Of a stretch of DNA of 42,910 bases, positions 1 through 12,600 are shown in pieces. The notes under the pieces were generated by a model. It saw only the letters and a program-made list of their open reading frames with translations. It was not told the origin of the DNA and searched no databases. The stretch comes from Klebsormidium nitens. Its lineage: Eukaryota > Plantae > Klebsormidiophyceae. A program made the translations under genes and the position numbers. How positions within the stretch are numbered: position 1 is the stretch's first letter; each line of letters starts with the position of its first letter. The stretch spans positions 1 through 42,910 of the forward strand of contig DF237645.1 of NCBI GenBank assembly GCA_000708835.1, written 5' to 3'.

Positions 1-98
1 GCGTCGTTAAGACGTAACCACCGCCGTTTCGCTAACTTGCGGTCAACGAAATGCTGTCGAGAACGAGGTTAGGCTTAACCAGTCGTAATCGTTACACC

Positions 99-3000
99 AG
101 ATCGGTCTGGTGCATCATGTCAACCAGAACGGCTCGGTACGGATTGCCCCACTCTGTGTCCCCCCCGTTGAATCCCCAGAGCGCACACTGCACGAAAGAG
201 TGATAATTGCTGGTCTCGTGAGGAAGCAGTGAAGCTTCTAGACCAGATCCCAAACCGCTTCGTGATTTGTCGTACAGACACCGAGGGTCCTCTCAAAGCA
301 AAACCGCAGGAGTCCGTGACCGTTCGTCTCAAGCCCACTGCCATGCCATAAGTACCGTCCTGGGTGACTTCAATTTATATTATCAGAGCCACGGCTTTCG
401 CACCTGACCGTGATATGAGCACTTGCGTACGAAGTACAAACGTTTCGCATAAAGTCAGCGGAGACAGGGCTTACCTCAACAGGGTGGAGGGACAGACCCT
501 TTTCCCATTGCTCCTTGTCTTTGGACTTTTTAGCGTTGACAATCTGGTTCACGCCCCACCGCATCCCCTCCGGTGTGCGGTAATAGTAGCGCTGACCCAC
601 CTCGTGCAACTCGTTGGCAGGGCACATGCAAATGCTGCATGGCGCATTTGTTTGATTGCCGTCCTTTGTACACGTCACCTGCACACAAGGTAAACTTGAA
701 TATGGCGGCTGTCTCTCACGATTGGAGGCTTAAACTGGTGTTCGACTTCGGTTCCCGACATTGTTCGAGTCTCTAATGGCCCTTGGAAACCTCAAAACCC
801 ACTTGGCGTACATCCCCTTCGAGCCTGACCACATGGAACTCAAGCAAACGAGCTGGAAGTATGGACGAGCTTCGCACGGGTCATCAAGCGGTCGGAATTC
901 ACATTGGTGCAATGGAACTGGAACCCCAACGTTTGAGAGCATAGGAAATTCCACCCGCATTCCTCTTAGCCGGGACGACTGCCTGGCTTACCTTGCATCC
1001 CTCGGGATGATCACAGATGTAGGCATATAGCAACGGGTAGAAGAACTTGTCACCTCCGTCAGGATCCTCGGCCACGAACCCGCTGCAAAATAATGAGAAG
1101 AAGTGAGCTTGAATCTGGGTTAAAACTGCATAACGAGAAACCATGGATAAAGTGCTCTCAGGTCACGATCGACATTCTCCTAAGCCCAAGAGCAACCAGC
1201 CTAAACTCACTCAATTATCCGGCATTATGTTCAGAATGATCCTCTTAGTACACCGCATATCTGCTCAAAACAACGCCTATGGACATTGGGATCACTGAGA
1301 AGAAAGGTGGAATGCCAATAAACATGGAAAGAGCTGTCATGCTACCGTCAGAGCATATCAGGTCGACTCACTCGAAGCTAGCGTCCTTGAGTGGCTGCAA
1401 GAACCTTCCCAGGCATTGTTGAAACACTTGCAGCCCCCGCAGAGTGAACTCAGGGGAGTTGGGCTCAAAACCTGCAACATAGACCAAGTCATTATAGAGT
1501 TCGATTCAACTTTACAATGCATGTTCTTTCGTGAAGTCCCGAGTCTAGTGCATCTGGTTAACATTCCTGCGATTGAAGCAGGGCATGTCCTTTTTGAGAC
1601 GAAGACAATCAGTGCTTGCTTGCTGCTTCCTTGACCCTCCACCACCAAAGTTTTGAGGCCCCGCTCACCAGAATGACCAGAGACAGCGTGCAGAATAGGA
1701 AAGATGGCCCCCAACGCGTGCCCCCCTTCTTCATTCCGGCGCTCCACAGCAATGTTGGCTAGGCTGAGCACGAGTGGCCACCCATGCGTACGCATGTCGT
1801 TGGACAGCGTCGTCGCGTCGCTGTACAGGATGAGCGCTGCGATGATTGAACCCCAACGGTACTTTGCATCGATGTGGGCTGCAACAAACATCAAACGTAC
1901 TTTAAAGCTCAGGGACTAGCTTTGAGGAGCAAGTGAAAGAGGGACCCACAGCTACACAACCAATACACAGGTGGGGCCAGTGCAAAGTTCAAAACCTGCA
2001 GATCTGGCCGTGATGGGGAACAGAAACTGAGAGCCATGTGACATAACCTGTTCCAAACCAGCAACGAGTTCCCCGGAAGCAAGTTGCAGTCCACCTTCAG
2101 GAAAGTTCCGATGCATACTGAAGACGCCTGAGCTCAAATCTGCGAACAGCAAACTGGACTGTGCCAAGCGCCTTCTAAAGGGGAGGTGGCACAACTTCGC
2201 TGGACAATCATTGTCAAAGAAAATACTTCGATTGACGACAGGACTGCAAAACCTGAATCCTACCTGCGCTTCTTCCCACCACGTCGCAGTCTCTGGATCG
2301 CTCACGGTCCTCCTTCCCTGTGCATCTTCTGTTCTGCGTGGCCCACACGCAAAGCCTTCGGAGTTTGCCGGAAAAGCAAGAAGCTCCTTCAGAATTTCAA
2401 TTGGGTTGCGCATTCGGAGCAAGATGGGATATGGGTCTCCTTCTTTGGACAAGTCAATGGTCGTCCAGCCCTGCAACAACGCACAATTGATTGACTCAGC
2501 AATGCATCAGAAAGAATCTGAATTGAGATCAACATGATCGACTCACAATCTCAAAACCCTGGCTGCAATCTCTGATGGTCGCCGCCGTTCACTGGTTGGC
2601 TCAAAGATGCAACTGAGATTTGGAACTCGTACCACAAGCATCTGCAATATTGTAGCTACTGGCACAAGACACAACACAGCCGCATGACAAAAGCATGAAA
2701 AACCATAATCATCATGGTTTCTGGCTTGAAGATCGGACCAGCTGCAATCAAGGAATTTCAAAGCAGTATCTCGCTCTTGACTTTTTCTGTCAAACCCCAC
2801 TGCAATCCAAGATGTGACACTTCTCAACGACCGTCATATCTCGTGACAGTTTGTGCAGACTAAGCCTGTCAAACATCAACAATTAAGAGGATAAAAAGCT
2901 CACATCATCCTGGCTGAAAAGCACCTTCTCCTCGAACTTCTTGATGTCCTGAGGCGAACGCACTTTCACCTTGGACAAGTCAAAGTTTTTGAAGAACAGC

Positions 3001-3508
3001 AGATCAATGAGACTCTTAGTATCTTCTTGTGCAGGCTGGCAACGTTGTTTCTACAGTGTCGGATGAACTCCACTAGCTTGAGCGTCTCGCGGGTTCCCTC
3101 ATCCAGCTCTGGGAATCTGCTGGACTCTGGATCTCCGATTGGATCAGAAAAGTAGCTACGCCCAGCAGCAAATGATTGCTCTCTTGCACCACTCGCTTCA
3201 TCGCCTTGATGAGATGGCCTGGCAGGAAACCCTTCCTGGGCTTCCTTCTCAACCCTGTCTGCCGGCAGCTCAACTCGTTGCTGCTCTTCTTCTGCCGGTG
3301 CCTGTGCGTCCCCCGTTCTTGCAGCATCCCTGATGGCATTGGCTGCAGCTTCCCCAGCCGCAGCGGCAGCTCCCTTCAGTTTTTTCTTGTCCACATCAGC
3401 AGGTTGACCTAACCATTGATCAGCGCAGCCAGAAGACCTCTTGTGCGAACCCAAAGCAGCTGGAGTTGAGAAGTGCTTCTGATGGCAAACATCGCATTCA
3501 AATGGCAC
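99..3508 (-). CDS. Plavaka-family transposase, multi-exon, with apparent 1-nt frameshifts; both ends unresolved
   Basis: Exons ~3508-2904, 2470-2264, 1878-1669, 1471-1372, 1082-992, 678-475 and 187-~99 have GT-AG borders. Spliced motifs: N-terminal CDVC-x13-H-x4-C Zn finger, RNPIEILKELL, TATWWEEAQ, IIAALILYSDATTLS, GWPLVLSLANI, FQQCLGRFLQPLKDAS, YPLLYAYICDHPEGCK, PCSIC, GNPYRAVLVDMMHQTDL. These match the Plavaka pattern (YSD, xDxPE, CxxC, DxxH). The ORF-track start at 3508 is GTG with an in-frame stop just upstream, so an upstream exon is likely. Confidence 0.85.
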
Positions 3509-4255
3509 CTTGCAGGCTTTGAAGGATTAAACGGTTGCACTTGCTGTGGTCGCTGTGCAGTTGCTTTCAATCATCAGTGCAACAAATTGGAAAATCGAAC
3601 AACCCTTGATGAAGACCGGAGAAGCTCAGACAGCTGCTGCATGAGGAGTCAAATCAATGGCAATGAGGGACCTGCTGAGGCCTGCTGCTGCTTCCTCAGG
3701 CTCTGTGGTCCACAGTGTGGAGGCTCTGGTCTCTCGTTCTTTCTTGGCTGTGACTTCGTGACTTTGACTCTCGAGTGTGATCGTTCACTTGTGTTCATGC
3801 TATTAGTTGCATGCAGGCGGCAAAATCAAATTTAAAAAAAAGAAATTCTAAAAAGCTGCCCCTGCTGCCAGTGCTGGCCTTGACATATGCCATTCAGTGT
3901 CAAGACCTACCGATCATGTAGACGATCATGCGATCTGGCACTGCTTCGGAACTGCACTCCATAGCTCGAACTCCTGAACGAGCCAATATGTCAAAGTTAA
4001 ACACACCAGTGACAAGTTGAAGGAGGAGCTCTCCAGCTTTCCTCACTTTGAATCTTGATCATGGTGGTGAGCATGAATGCTGCCTGCAGGTTGCATTTAC
4101 AGCGTAGTCACGACAAGATGAGGAGGGTTTCTTCTGCTTCCGCACGTCTGCTGCAAGCGAAATGACTCTGCAGCATTGCCATATTCATCTGCAGCATTGC
4201 TACATTCATCCTAGAAGCGGCGCTGAAAGAAAGCTTTCCCTCCATCGTTTGTGAA

Positions 4256-7200
4256 ATGGCGACGCGCCGTGCCCTGCGGTCAAGCCAAGCTGCAAGTGCT
4301 GCAGTTGGTAGCAAGAATGGCCCTAAGAGCGGCGATGCAGGAGTTGGAAAGCTATTCAAGCTGGATTCTCAGAGGAGAGACAAGATAGAGCGGAACTTGG
4401 ATTTCTTCAGGGCCAAGCCAGCCTCGAGTGGAAGCAAGGGGGCAAATTGGATTCCACCGAAACCCCCACTCTCAGGAAGCGAGACTCGTGATGAGGAGGT
4501 TGGCGCAGAGGGATCTGAGGCGCAGAGACCTGAAGCGTCTTTGGCAGCGTCCACTTCAAAAGGCAAAGGTCTAAAGAGAAAGCTTCCAGATGACTTTGAT
4601 GCGCCTGTCAACAATCCGACAATCATCGACCAGATCCAATCAAAAGCTCCAAGCCCATTCCCAAAAGCCCCCCCAAACACTCCAGCAGGAAGTCCATTTT
4701 CGCCAAGGAGTCCGAATGCCAGGGGTCAGCCAGAGCCGCTTGCTAATGACCCTGGGAAGAACCTCCAGAATGCCAGCAGAGGTGAGCACATTAAGCTCAG
4801 AAATATTCTTACTTTCTGGCTAGTTTTCAGCTTCTTCTCATTTGTCTCAGGCTTTGAAGGGAATTGGTTGGATGAGTTGGTGACAGCAGTCTCCCGTAGA
4901 AATCCTCGCTGCCATCCAAAGATTGAAAGGTCACTTGATGCAGATGTAAAATGCACATAGATTGAAATTAGTAGGCTACAACCTATGACCGCCTGGTACG
5001 GCGGTTCAGTTTGCATTCTGTTTTCTGTTTTCTGAATGCTCCAATGAGTGGGTATGCCAAAAGGCAGCTTTTTGTGACCAGCCATCTTGTCACAGACCAG
5101 TTATGCAATGACCTACTCTACCTCCTTTTGAGATTGAACTTGCCATTGCCTGAAGTACCACTGAACATTTTCAATCTTTGCCATTGCCTTCAGGGAAGAG
5201 ATAGTTGCGTTCAGGCAAAGACCTACCTCAGTGTGAAGATGCCCCAAGCACATTCTTATTAATAAAGGAGATCTGCTGCTTTTTAAGAAGTCAATGCTAC
5301 TTGAAGTCAAATTCTTGCTGTGCGATATTCTGAAAGTCTTGTAGAAGACTTTGAGAGGCTTGTGAAGCAGAAGAAGCAGCAAAAGGTGTGCTTGAGCATT
5401 GGATCGCTCAAAAACTTGAGTGCTCGGTTAGGAATGATTGCAAACTCAATCGTTCATGTCATTTTCTGTCAGTGTTTTGGCAACAGAGTGAGTTGTATTA
5501 TCACTCTGTTACCACTGTTCCCCAGCATGTCAGCATCTTGTAAAGACGTTGCTTTTGTGCAGTTTCAGGACAGTGTCTGCTCATGCTCATGCTCATCCCC
5601 AGCTGCAACAGCCTTGAAGAGAGTACGAGAAGCAGATTCTTGCTCTGGCTTTGGCTCTTAGGAGCTCACTCACAAGACCGATTGAAGTCATATGGAGTCA
5701 GTTTGCACTTACTGCTTGATCTTTGCTAAACTAAAGTCTCTCCTTTTCCTTTGGCGAAGGTGCGGAACATGTGCTCAACGCCAGCGAGAAGGTCCGTTAT
5801 GAAAAAGCCAAGATCAAGATAAAGGAGCTCAAGGCGAAGAACCAAATCCTGGAACGGACTGTGAAAGAGCAAAGCCAGCACATCCTTTCCTTGGAAAGAA
5901 GCGTTGCAAGTGCGCGAGACAAGTTAGAGCTCCCTGACTTCCTTCAGCCGCAATTTCTAAAGGTGAGATTTGCTCTAACTTTGTAGTGACGATCAGTGAC
6001 CAGAATCCGAGCATGCTTGTGACATTGCAGGGATATTGCTGATCCTGCCATTCCAAAGGTGCTTGATACTATCTTTGCGAAAGTTGTGCTCACAGGGTGA
6101 GGTTTAAATCTCTTGATTGAACGATGATCTATGCAGCGAAAGGAGCATAAGAAGTGTGGATTGACTACTTTTCTTTTGTTTGTTAGGCTCTCCTATCAAT
6201 TGTGACCAGAACCTATTGCCTTGCAGAAAATCACAAGTAAGGTCATCACTGCTTTTGTGCGCGGCAGTCAATTTTGGAGCACCTTGTATCCAGAGATTGA
6301 TACAGTGTTGAAGGTCTTTCTTGCGGAGCTCAACCTAGGACACCGCAGCGACGTGCGCCGGTTCACTGACCACTGGCACGGCGGGTTTGGTCAATCTGTG
6401 ATGACAAAACTGGGAGACAGACGGTCCAAGCTTGGTGGCAGGTTCAGGCAAAGTTTGGGGGACACGACCGAAACCAGTGATTTAGCCGTTTTCCCTGCTT
6501 CATTGGAGTTGGCTGCTGAGCGCAAAGCCAGGATGCTCGCTTTTCAATCAGGTACAGCCGGAGCACTGAGCTCTCCTGACTCAAAAGAATCCCGAAAGGC
6601 TAGGTCGTTGTGATCAAGCGGGTCCAATCGTAGCAGAACCGTTCATATCGATTGTGTCCTTCATCTGGAGGTGAAATCGCCCTTCGTTTTCTTGAAACTT
6701 CGTCGCTTTCTAAACGCAGACATGTCGTGGGTTGGCGGACCCAACCGAGATGAAGACACGGGCGAGCTCGAATCCGGCGAGGATGACACGCAGGAAATGC
6801 TCAAGGGCAAGCACTATCGCATCGCCTTCAAGATGGCCATGGGAGGAGTCTACACGGAGACTATGCGCGCGCGCCAGGACGTGTTTGCGTATTTCCTCAG
6901 AGTGGTGAGTTTGGGCTCTTTCCGACCGAGGGCTGCGATGAAAGTTGGTTCTCTGAGTTACTTTAGTGCTGCTCTGAAATTGACGCACAGGAAAGTGGCA
7001 GACCGATTTCCGCTTGCCAGAGTGCACTGGGTGTCCAGATGCATGACGTCACACAATGCTATCAGATTTGTGGTACTTTGATCAGAATCAGGTCCGAGCT
7101 CGCAGATGAATTCGATTGTGACACGTGCATCCTAAAGCTTGATTTTGAGACTCGTTCTCCTCATGACATCTCGTTGTAAGGACCAAGCTGATAGTGGATC

Positions 7201-7790
7201 ACATCAATCAACCGTCTGGTTGTGCATCTGTGCTGATGTAATCTGACCTGACCAACATTGGGGGCAATTCAGAGGGCGTCGGTCAGGTCCGCGACCTCGG
7301 AAAGCTTAAGTTTCGTGGCAGAGGCAAGTTGCTCTTTGTCCAGGCAATGCTTGAGGTGGTTTCGGGTGGCTCTTCTCATGTAGGGAAGAGTTGTGAGAGC
7401 TTTCTTGCGACCTTGCAAACGAAGGCAGCCAGCCGGATCTCCGCGTGGTTCAGCTGCTCGGTCTGGTCAACCAAAAGACCGTTGCTAAGCCCTTTCGCTC
7501 GTGCCTTCATGCAGGGAGAGCTGTATTGGCTGGGTCAGCAAATGAGCTCCACCAACGTGAACCGCGACCGTGAGGTGATCCGCGAGTACGAGCAAAGCAT
7601 GATTGAGTACGAGAACAACTACGGCCTCAAGTACGCGCGGCTCATCAAGAAGCGCGCCCCGCCGGAGGACCTGAACACTGCACCGACCTCTGCTTGGCGG
7701 ATTTTGAAGGCTGGGGAGTCGCTCGACCTCGCGGGCGAGTGCAGCGGCGGGGACCGGAGCGATGACGAGAGCGGCAGCGACACTGAATAG
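4256..7790 (+). CDS. Multi-exon orphan protein, probable accessory gene of the transposon (disordered N-terminus, central coiled coil, acidic tail)
   Basis: ATG at 4256. Exon 1 ends AGAG|gtgag (4781) and splices in phase to tctcag|GC (4851). Later exons: coiled coil EKAKIKIKELKAKNQILERTVKEQSQHILSLE (~5771-5963), DIADPAIPKVLDTIFAKVVLTG, KITSKVITAF...AFQS (6227-6551), DMSWVGGPNRDEDTGELES...YFLRV, and a terminal exon GELYWLGQQ...SDDESGSDTE* ending at 7790. Exons between 4950 and 5750 are not resolved. No recognised domain. Confidence 0.7.
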
Positions 7791-8958
7791 GTCATGAGAT
7801 CATATGTAAGCAGTCGGACTTGATTTTGTGTCAAGACCAGAGATTTAGTGTCAAGGGTGTGCTTTTACTACTGGTATACTAATTTTGGGCTGCCCAGCAA
7901 TCGATCGACAGGGCCTGCCACCGTGTTCACACCGAACAGGATCAGTCGTCGTCACTTGGACGGATCAGATGGGATGGCTTCTAGTCTCGTAAACCGTTCT
8001 TCGATTGAAGCCTAAACGGGCTCGACTCGGGCTTGAAACGGGCTTGAACGCGGTGCGGCGCCCGACATAACTGCTTTCAGAATGTTTCTGACTCGGTTGA
8101 TCAAATCGGATTTTGCAGGCGTAACTACTGGTTGTTGTGGTGGGAACTCGTCTGTAGAGAGTGCTAAGTCGGATCTCTGTTCGGTTCCAAGTCTCTCCGT
8201 ACACGGATTGAAACCTTGTCTAGTTGACAGAACCGGGTCCACATGTCCTTCTGTCGCACTCCTTTTTCAGTGGACAGCGACTCTTGAACGATGTGTTCAA
8301 GGATTCAGGTGTTCAATTATAAATTTCGGACTCCCTGACCAAGTTCGACTGACCTGCAGGATGAGGCGCATGTAAACTGCCGGCAACGTGAGTGACCGAA
8401 GAACCTTCACAAACAAGAGCTAGCTAGTCGACGGTCAAGCGTCAAGGTGGGTTCAGTTTGCAAGGGATAGCACGTTCTGGGACCAGATTTTCTCGTGACC
8501 CGCTCTGGGTAGCTTGAGACTGATTCGGCTCAAGCTTGTGTGGCTTCGAGTCGTCCCTTTGTCATTTGGTTTTAGAATCCGGGTACCAGGCCGTTGAGGA
8601 ACATTTTGTGCGGATAGCACCCTGGCTTGGATAGGAGCCAACCACCAAACACTTTGACGGTCTCCTCTAGCCCGGTGGAGGCGGCCCTGTACGGCCGTTT
8701 CAACACTTGACATGGGAAGTACTATATGCTCAGGCCCACTACTTCGCTTTCAATGGTACTGACATCCTTACTGGCCCTTAGAGCCAAGAATAGAGTCGCA
8801 ACTTTGAACCTTATCCATACGAGGTTGCTCAGGCATAATACGCCATAATGATGTATATATGCACCATATGAATTATGCATCCTTGGTTTGTGTTATGAAT
8901 CCAACGGCATGGCCAATATGCCTATATAGTGGCCCGGCAAGCCAAAGAGTTCGCCGCA

Positions 8959-9206
8959 GCATGGATTCCGGACAGTTTCTGCATGGAGTCCACATGGTTT
9001 CTAGGCGCCTCGAATCTATATGAAGGCCGAATGGATTCCGAATGAACAGAAATCAAGCCGTTTCCGCATAGATTCTATCTTGATTTTCGGCATGGAATCG
9101 GTACAGAATCCAGACGCCCTGATTCCGGATGGAAGCTGTACGAGAGTTTAGCCGGATTCTAATTGCTTGATTTCCGTATGAACCGCGCATGGAACCCGGG
9201 GGGGGG
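8959..9206. repeat. Subterminal-type repeat cluster ending in CCCGGGGGGGGG
   Basis: GCATGGATTCC 8959, GCATGGAGTCC 8981, CATGGTTTC 8993, GAATCTATATG (inverted) 9012, ATGGATTCC 9031, GCATAGATTC 9066, GCATGGAATC 9090, GCATGGAACC 9187. AAATCAAG (9050) and CTTGATTT (~9079, ~9167) occur in opposite orientations. Confidence 0.7.
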
Positions 9207-9660
9207 CTGATTTGTGATGACGTCCCCATCTGGACCGTCGCTGTTTGCCAGAATGATAACCTCGGGCGATCAGCAAAGCCGCAAGTTTGAGCCGGCTAAG
9301 GGATAGACTCATTCGATTGGAGGCACGATGAGAAGAGAAAGGAGGAGAAGAAGCATGCCAGCAACGAGTCCTAGCTAGCTTTAGTGCGGCCATCGTTCCC
9401 TTTTCGAAAGGAGGAGGAAGAGGCTTGCCGCTATTGATGCAAGCCCAATGAGCGGGACGATTGGGATTGTGCGGGTATCGGTCGAAAATTGATTTGCCGA
9501 AGATTGCACAATGCATGACAATGATCGACATTGGGGGCTGCATGGCTCGATTTTATTGTCGTAGTCACCAACGTCCGACTTGGGTCAACTCAAGGCTAGC
9601 GGCTCGAACTCCATCGGCGCTGATCTGATCACGCAGGCACATGCCTGAGGGGGAATGGTA

Positions 9661-12600
9661 TCAGAACACTTTTCCAAAGCGTGCAACGCTGGACTCAATG
9701 AGCCCCTCGTGGGAGGCGTCAAACTCGAGCAGGCGGACTCCCCCTGGAGCGCTTTCGTCCAGCACAGTGTGCGCCTGCAGACACGGCGGCCGGGAAAATG
9801 AGCAGGCAAGTATCAGGCAGAAGAACCAAAATCCTTTTTCCTGCGACTAAGCATACGGGGAACATGCCAGGGAGGCGTGAGTTTGCTTCCTTCGCCGTTT
9901 CTTTCAGTACGAGGACGTCTGCTTTTGTCGTGAGCTGTACGAAACACGTACCTCATTGCAGGGAGTTCTAGAAAAATATGAGTGCAGATTCATTGGTCTA
10001 AAAAAGTCCCCTGAGCTACAACGGACCGCGACTGTAGAATTTCAGAAAGGCAAACGCTAACTTCGGAATCGCAACCAGCAACTTGACACTCGACGCATCA
10101 AAGCAGAGAAAGGACGGCCGCCAGCTGGCACTCTGCAGTGTCAGAGCCCCGAAGCAGGGGAACGTTACCTGGCAGAAGACGGGGCGCGGCTTCTTCTGCT
10201 CCATGACCACTCGGCGCAGCTGCAGAAAGTCGGGAGAGACTGTAGTAAGGTCGGCGTAGAGCGCCCCGCCACGGCCGATGTCAGCGGTGGCCTTGAACAC
10301 CTGCAGCTGCCGCAGGAACGCGCCCACCGCGGGGACGCCCACCGATGCGATTTTGGCGCGGTTCAGAACGACCACCGCGTCGTTGTCGCCCACCCACTTG
10401 ACCTGCACGGGGGCAGGCACATGATTCGGAGCAAGGCCGGAGCAGGTGAAATTAGACCGACTGTGTACCCGCCGCTTTCGAGTGGCCTTTGGCAGAGATG
10501 AGCCATCTGGCGATAGCTGGGTTAGCAAGGGAACAACGGACAACTACGAGCATCATAGCAAGAAGCCATTGCGAAAAGGAAAATAGGTGTATTGACTCTG
10601 GTCTGCATCTGCTGATTCATTTCGAACTTGCGTCTCATCCTTCTTGAGGCAACAAGAGCTTTTGCATTGCTTTTCTAGGGCCACGTGTCGCCGCAACTCG
10701 TGCTGCTCCCCGGTGCGTACCTGCACGAAGGGGTCCCCCGGCGAGGTGTCCCGCTGCGTGGCCCGCAGGAAAACGTTCAGAATGGCAAACCGCGCCTGCA
10801 TGTGCGCCTGCCGCCACGCGCGCGTCTCGGGGGTGTACATCTCGAGCGCGAGCAGGCCCCCGCGCGCCATGAGCAGCCAGTTGACGTACATCACATCGCC
10901 CGCCTCCTGCCCCTCGTGCCCGAAAATGGACAACACCTGCGAGGGAACAGGGGGCAGTGCGGCTTTAGAGTGCTGACGGCTTGCGGAAATAGAGCACATG
11001 CGTAAAGCTCTTCCTGTGGTGCAGCCAGGCGGAGGCACGTTGATCGTTGGCAAGCGCGACGAAAGGGTTGACGAGGTTGTGCGGCAGATTACTATATCGA
11101 CGCAGGCAAGGTCCACGAGAGCGGATGCAGCGAGTTACAGAGAATCATGCAAAGAAGCTGGGCCCGGAGGTTCGATAAGTGGCGGAGGGCAGAGATCCTC
11201 GGCTTGCTTCCCCAGAACGGACTCTCAGCCGACGTCTCGACGTACATTCAACCCTCGCCCCGGTTGCGGTTTATGGCTCTTCTGGCAGCGGTACGACTTG
11301 CAAAACTCTTCCGCCCCAGACCCATGATGCCCTGCACCGCGCTGACCTGCTCGTTCGCCGCGAGGAAGATGCCGACGCACTCGGCGCGGCACTCCTCGTA
11401 GCTGCTGCTGATGGCGCCGAACACGCTGTCCCAGCTCTGGCCCGCCTCGTACCAGCTGGCCACGGGGGCGCCCGTCTCCGGGTTTGCCAGGCTGCCGTGC
11501 GGAAAGTCGAAGACGCCGTCACTGCCCCGGTGGAACAGCTTGCCCGACCCGTGCCCCAGCAACTCGTGGCAGCCCACCTGTACCTGCGGGCCGGGGCAGG
11601 GCGGAACGGAACGAGTGGGTGGGGAGGGACACAGAACGGCAATGAAAGGCAATGAAAAGCGAGGGGCGGGGCAAGGGGCTGTTTCGCAGGATTAGAAATT
11701 AGGCTCCATCGTCTAACGCCTATACCAACGCCTGGCGGATAATATGAAAGTGAACTGCCTTGCCGGTGCGACTTGCGCTACGATTTTTCGAAGCAAGTAA
11801 TCCACTCCTGAAAGTCGTCTCCTTGAAGTCCCATAGACGACAATATCCAGCAACGGCCGCGGGCTCACCTCGAAGGCCTTTCCCTTGAACTCCTTCCACA
11901 GCTGCTGGTCGGCGTCTTGTAGAAACGGGACGCGGTCGTCGCTGTCCTTGGCGGCCAGCACGTTGCCCAGCGACACATTCTTGAAGCCGTCGTGCTGCCG
12001 CAGGTCGTCGTAGTTGGGGATGTTGATGCCCGCGGGGATGCCGCCGTTGGCGAACGCCACAACCTGTGCGCAGCCCACGAAAGGGAATGAAATAGGCGCA
12101 GGAACTCGATTTGAGAGACGAGGTGAGCATTCTGGCGAGCGAAAAGCGCCGGGCCCGAGCAGAAAGGTCGCAATTCATGAGAGGGGCAAGAAACGGACGG
12201 TTGGCAGGGGTCATGCCGTCGTGTGAAAATTGAGATGAGGACTTCAGCACGGCAGGATATTCAAATGGAAAACAAGCAGTCAACTTGATTACTCATGCAT
12301 CTCTGCCAGGTCAAGCCACGACTGCGCCGTGCAATCTACTCTTCTCTATCGCAACGCGGCAGGATATGCCCACCTCGAGGGAGGTGAAGTCTGGCTTGCG
12401 GAAGGCGTCCTTCTCGAACTCGCGCGGCCAGGGCAGCGTGGGCAGCAGCGCAGGCGCGGCCGCGACGAGCGCGCCGAACTTGGCGCTCTGTTCCTTGTTG
12501 ACCACCGCCACGAAACCCTCGAACTCGGCACAGGACCCAACCGGATCGCGATAGTTCTCAATGAACCTGCACCGCAAAGGCAAATCACACTCTGGGAACG

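Larger units (their letters stand above)
1..9206. mobile_element. Probable Plavaka-type (CACTA/EnSpm-related) DNA transposon; left end lies outside the window
   Basis: Contains a Plavaka transposase (minus) and a divergent orphan gene (plus). It is followed by a cluster of degenerate GCATGGAWTCC repeats in both orientations (8959-9196) ending at CCC-G9 (9195-9206), after which the repeats stop. The right boundary is inferred; the matching TIR and TSD cannot be seen. Confidence 0.55.
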
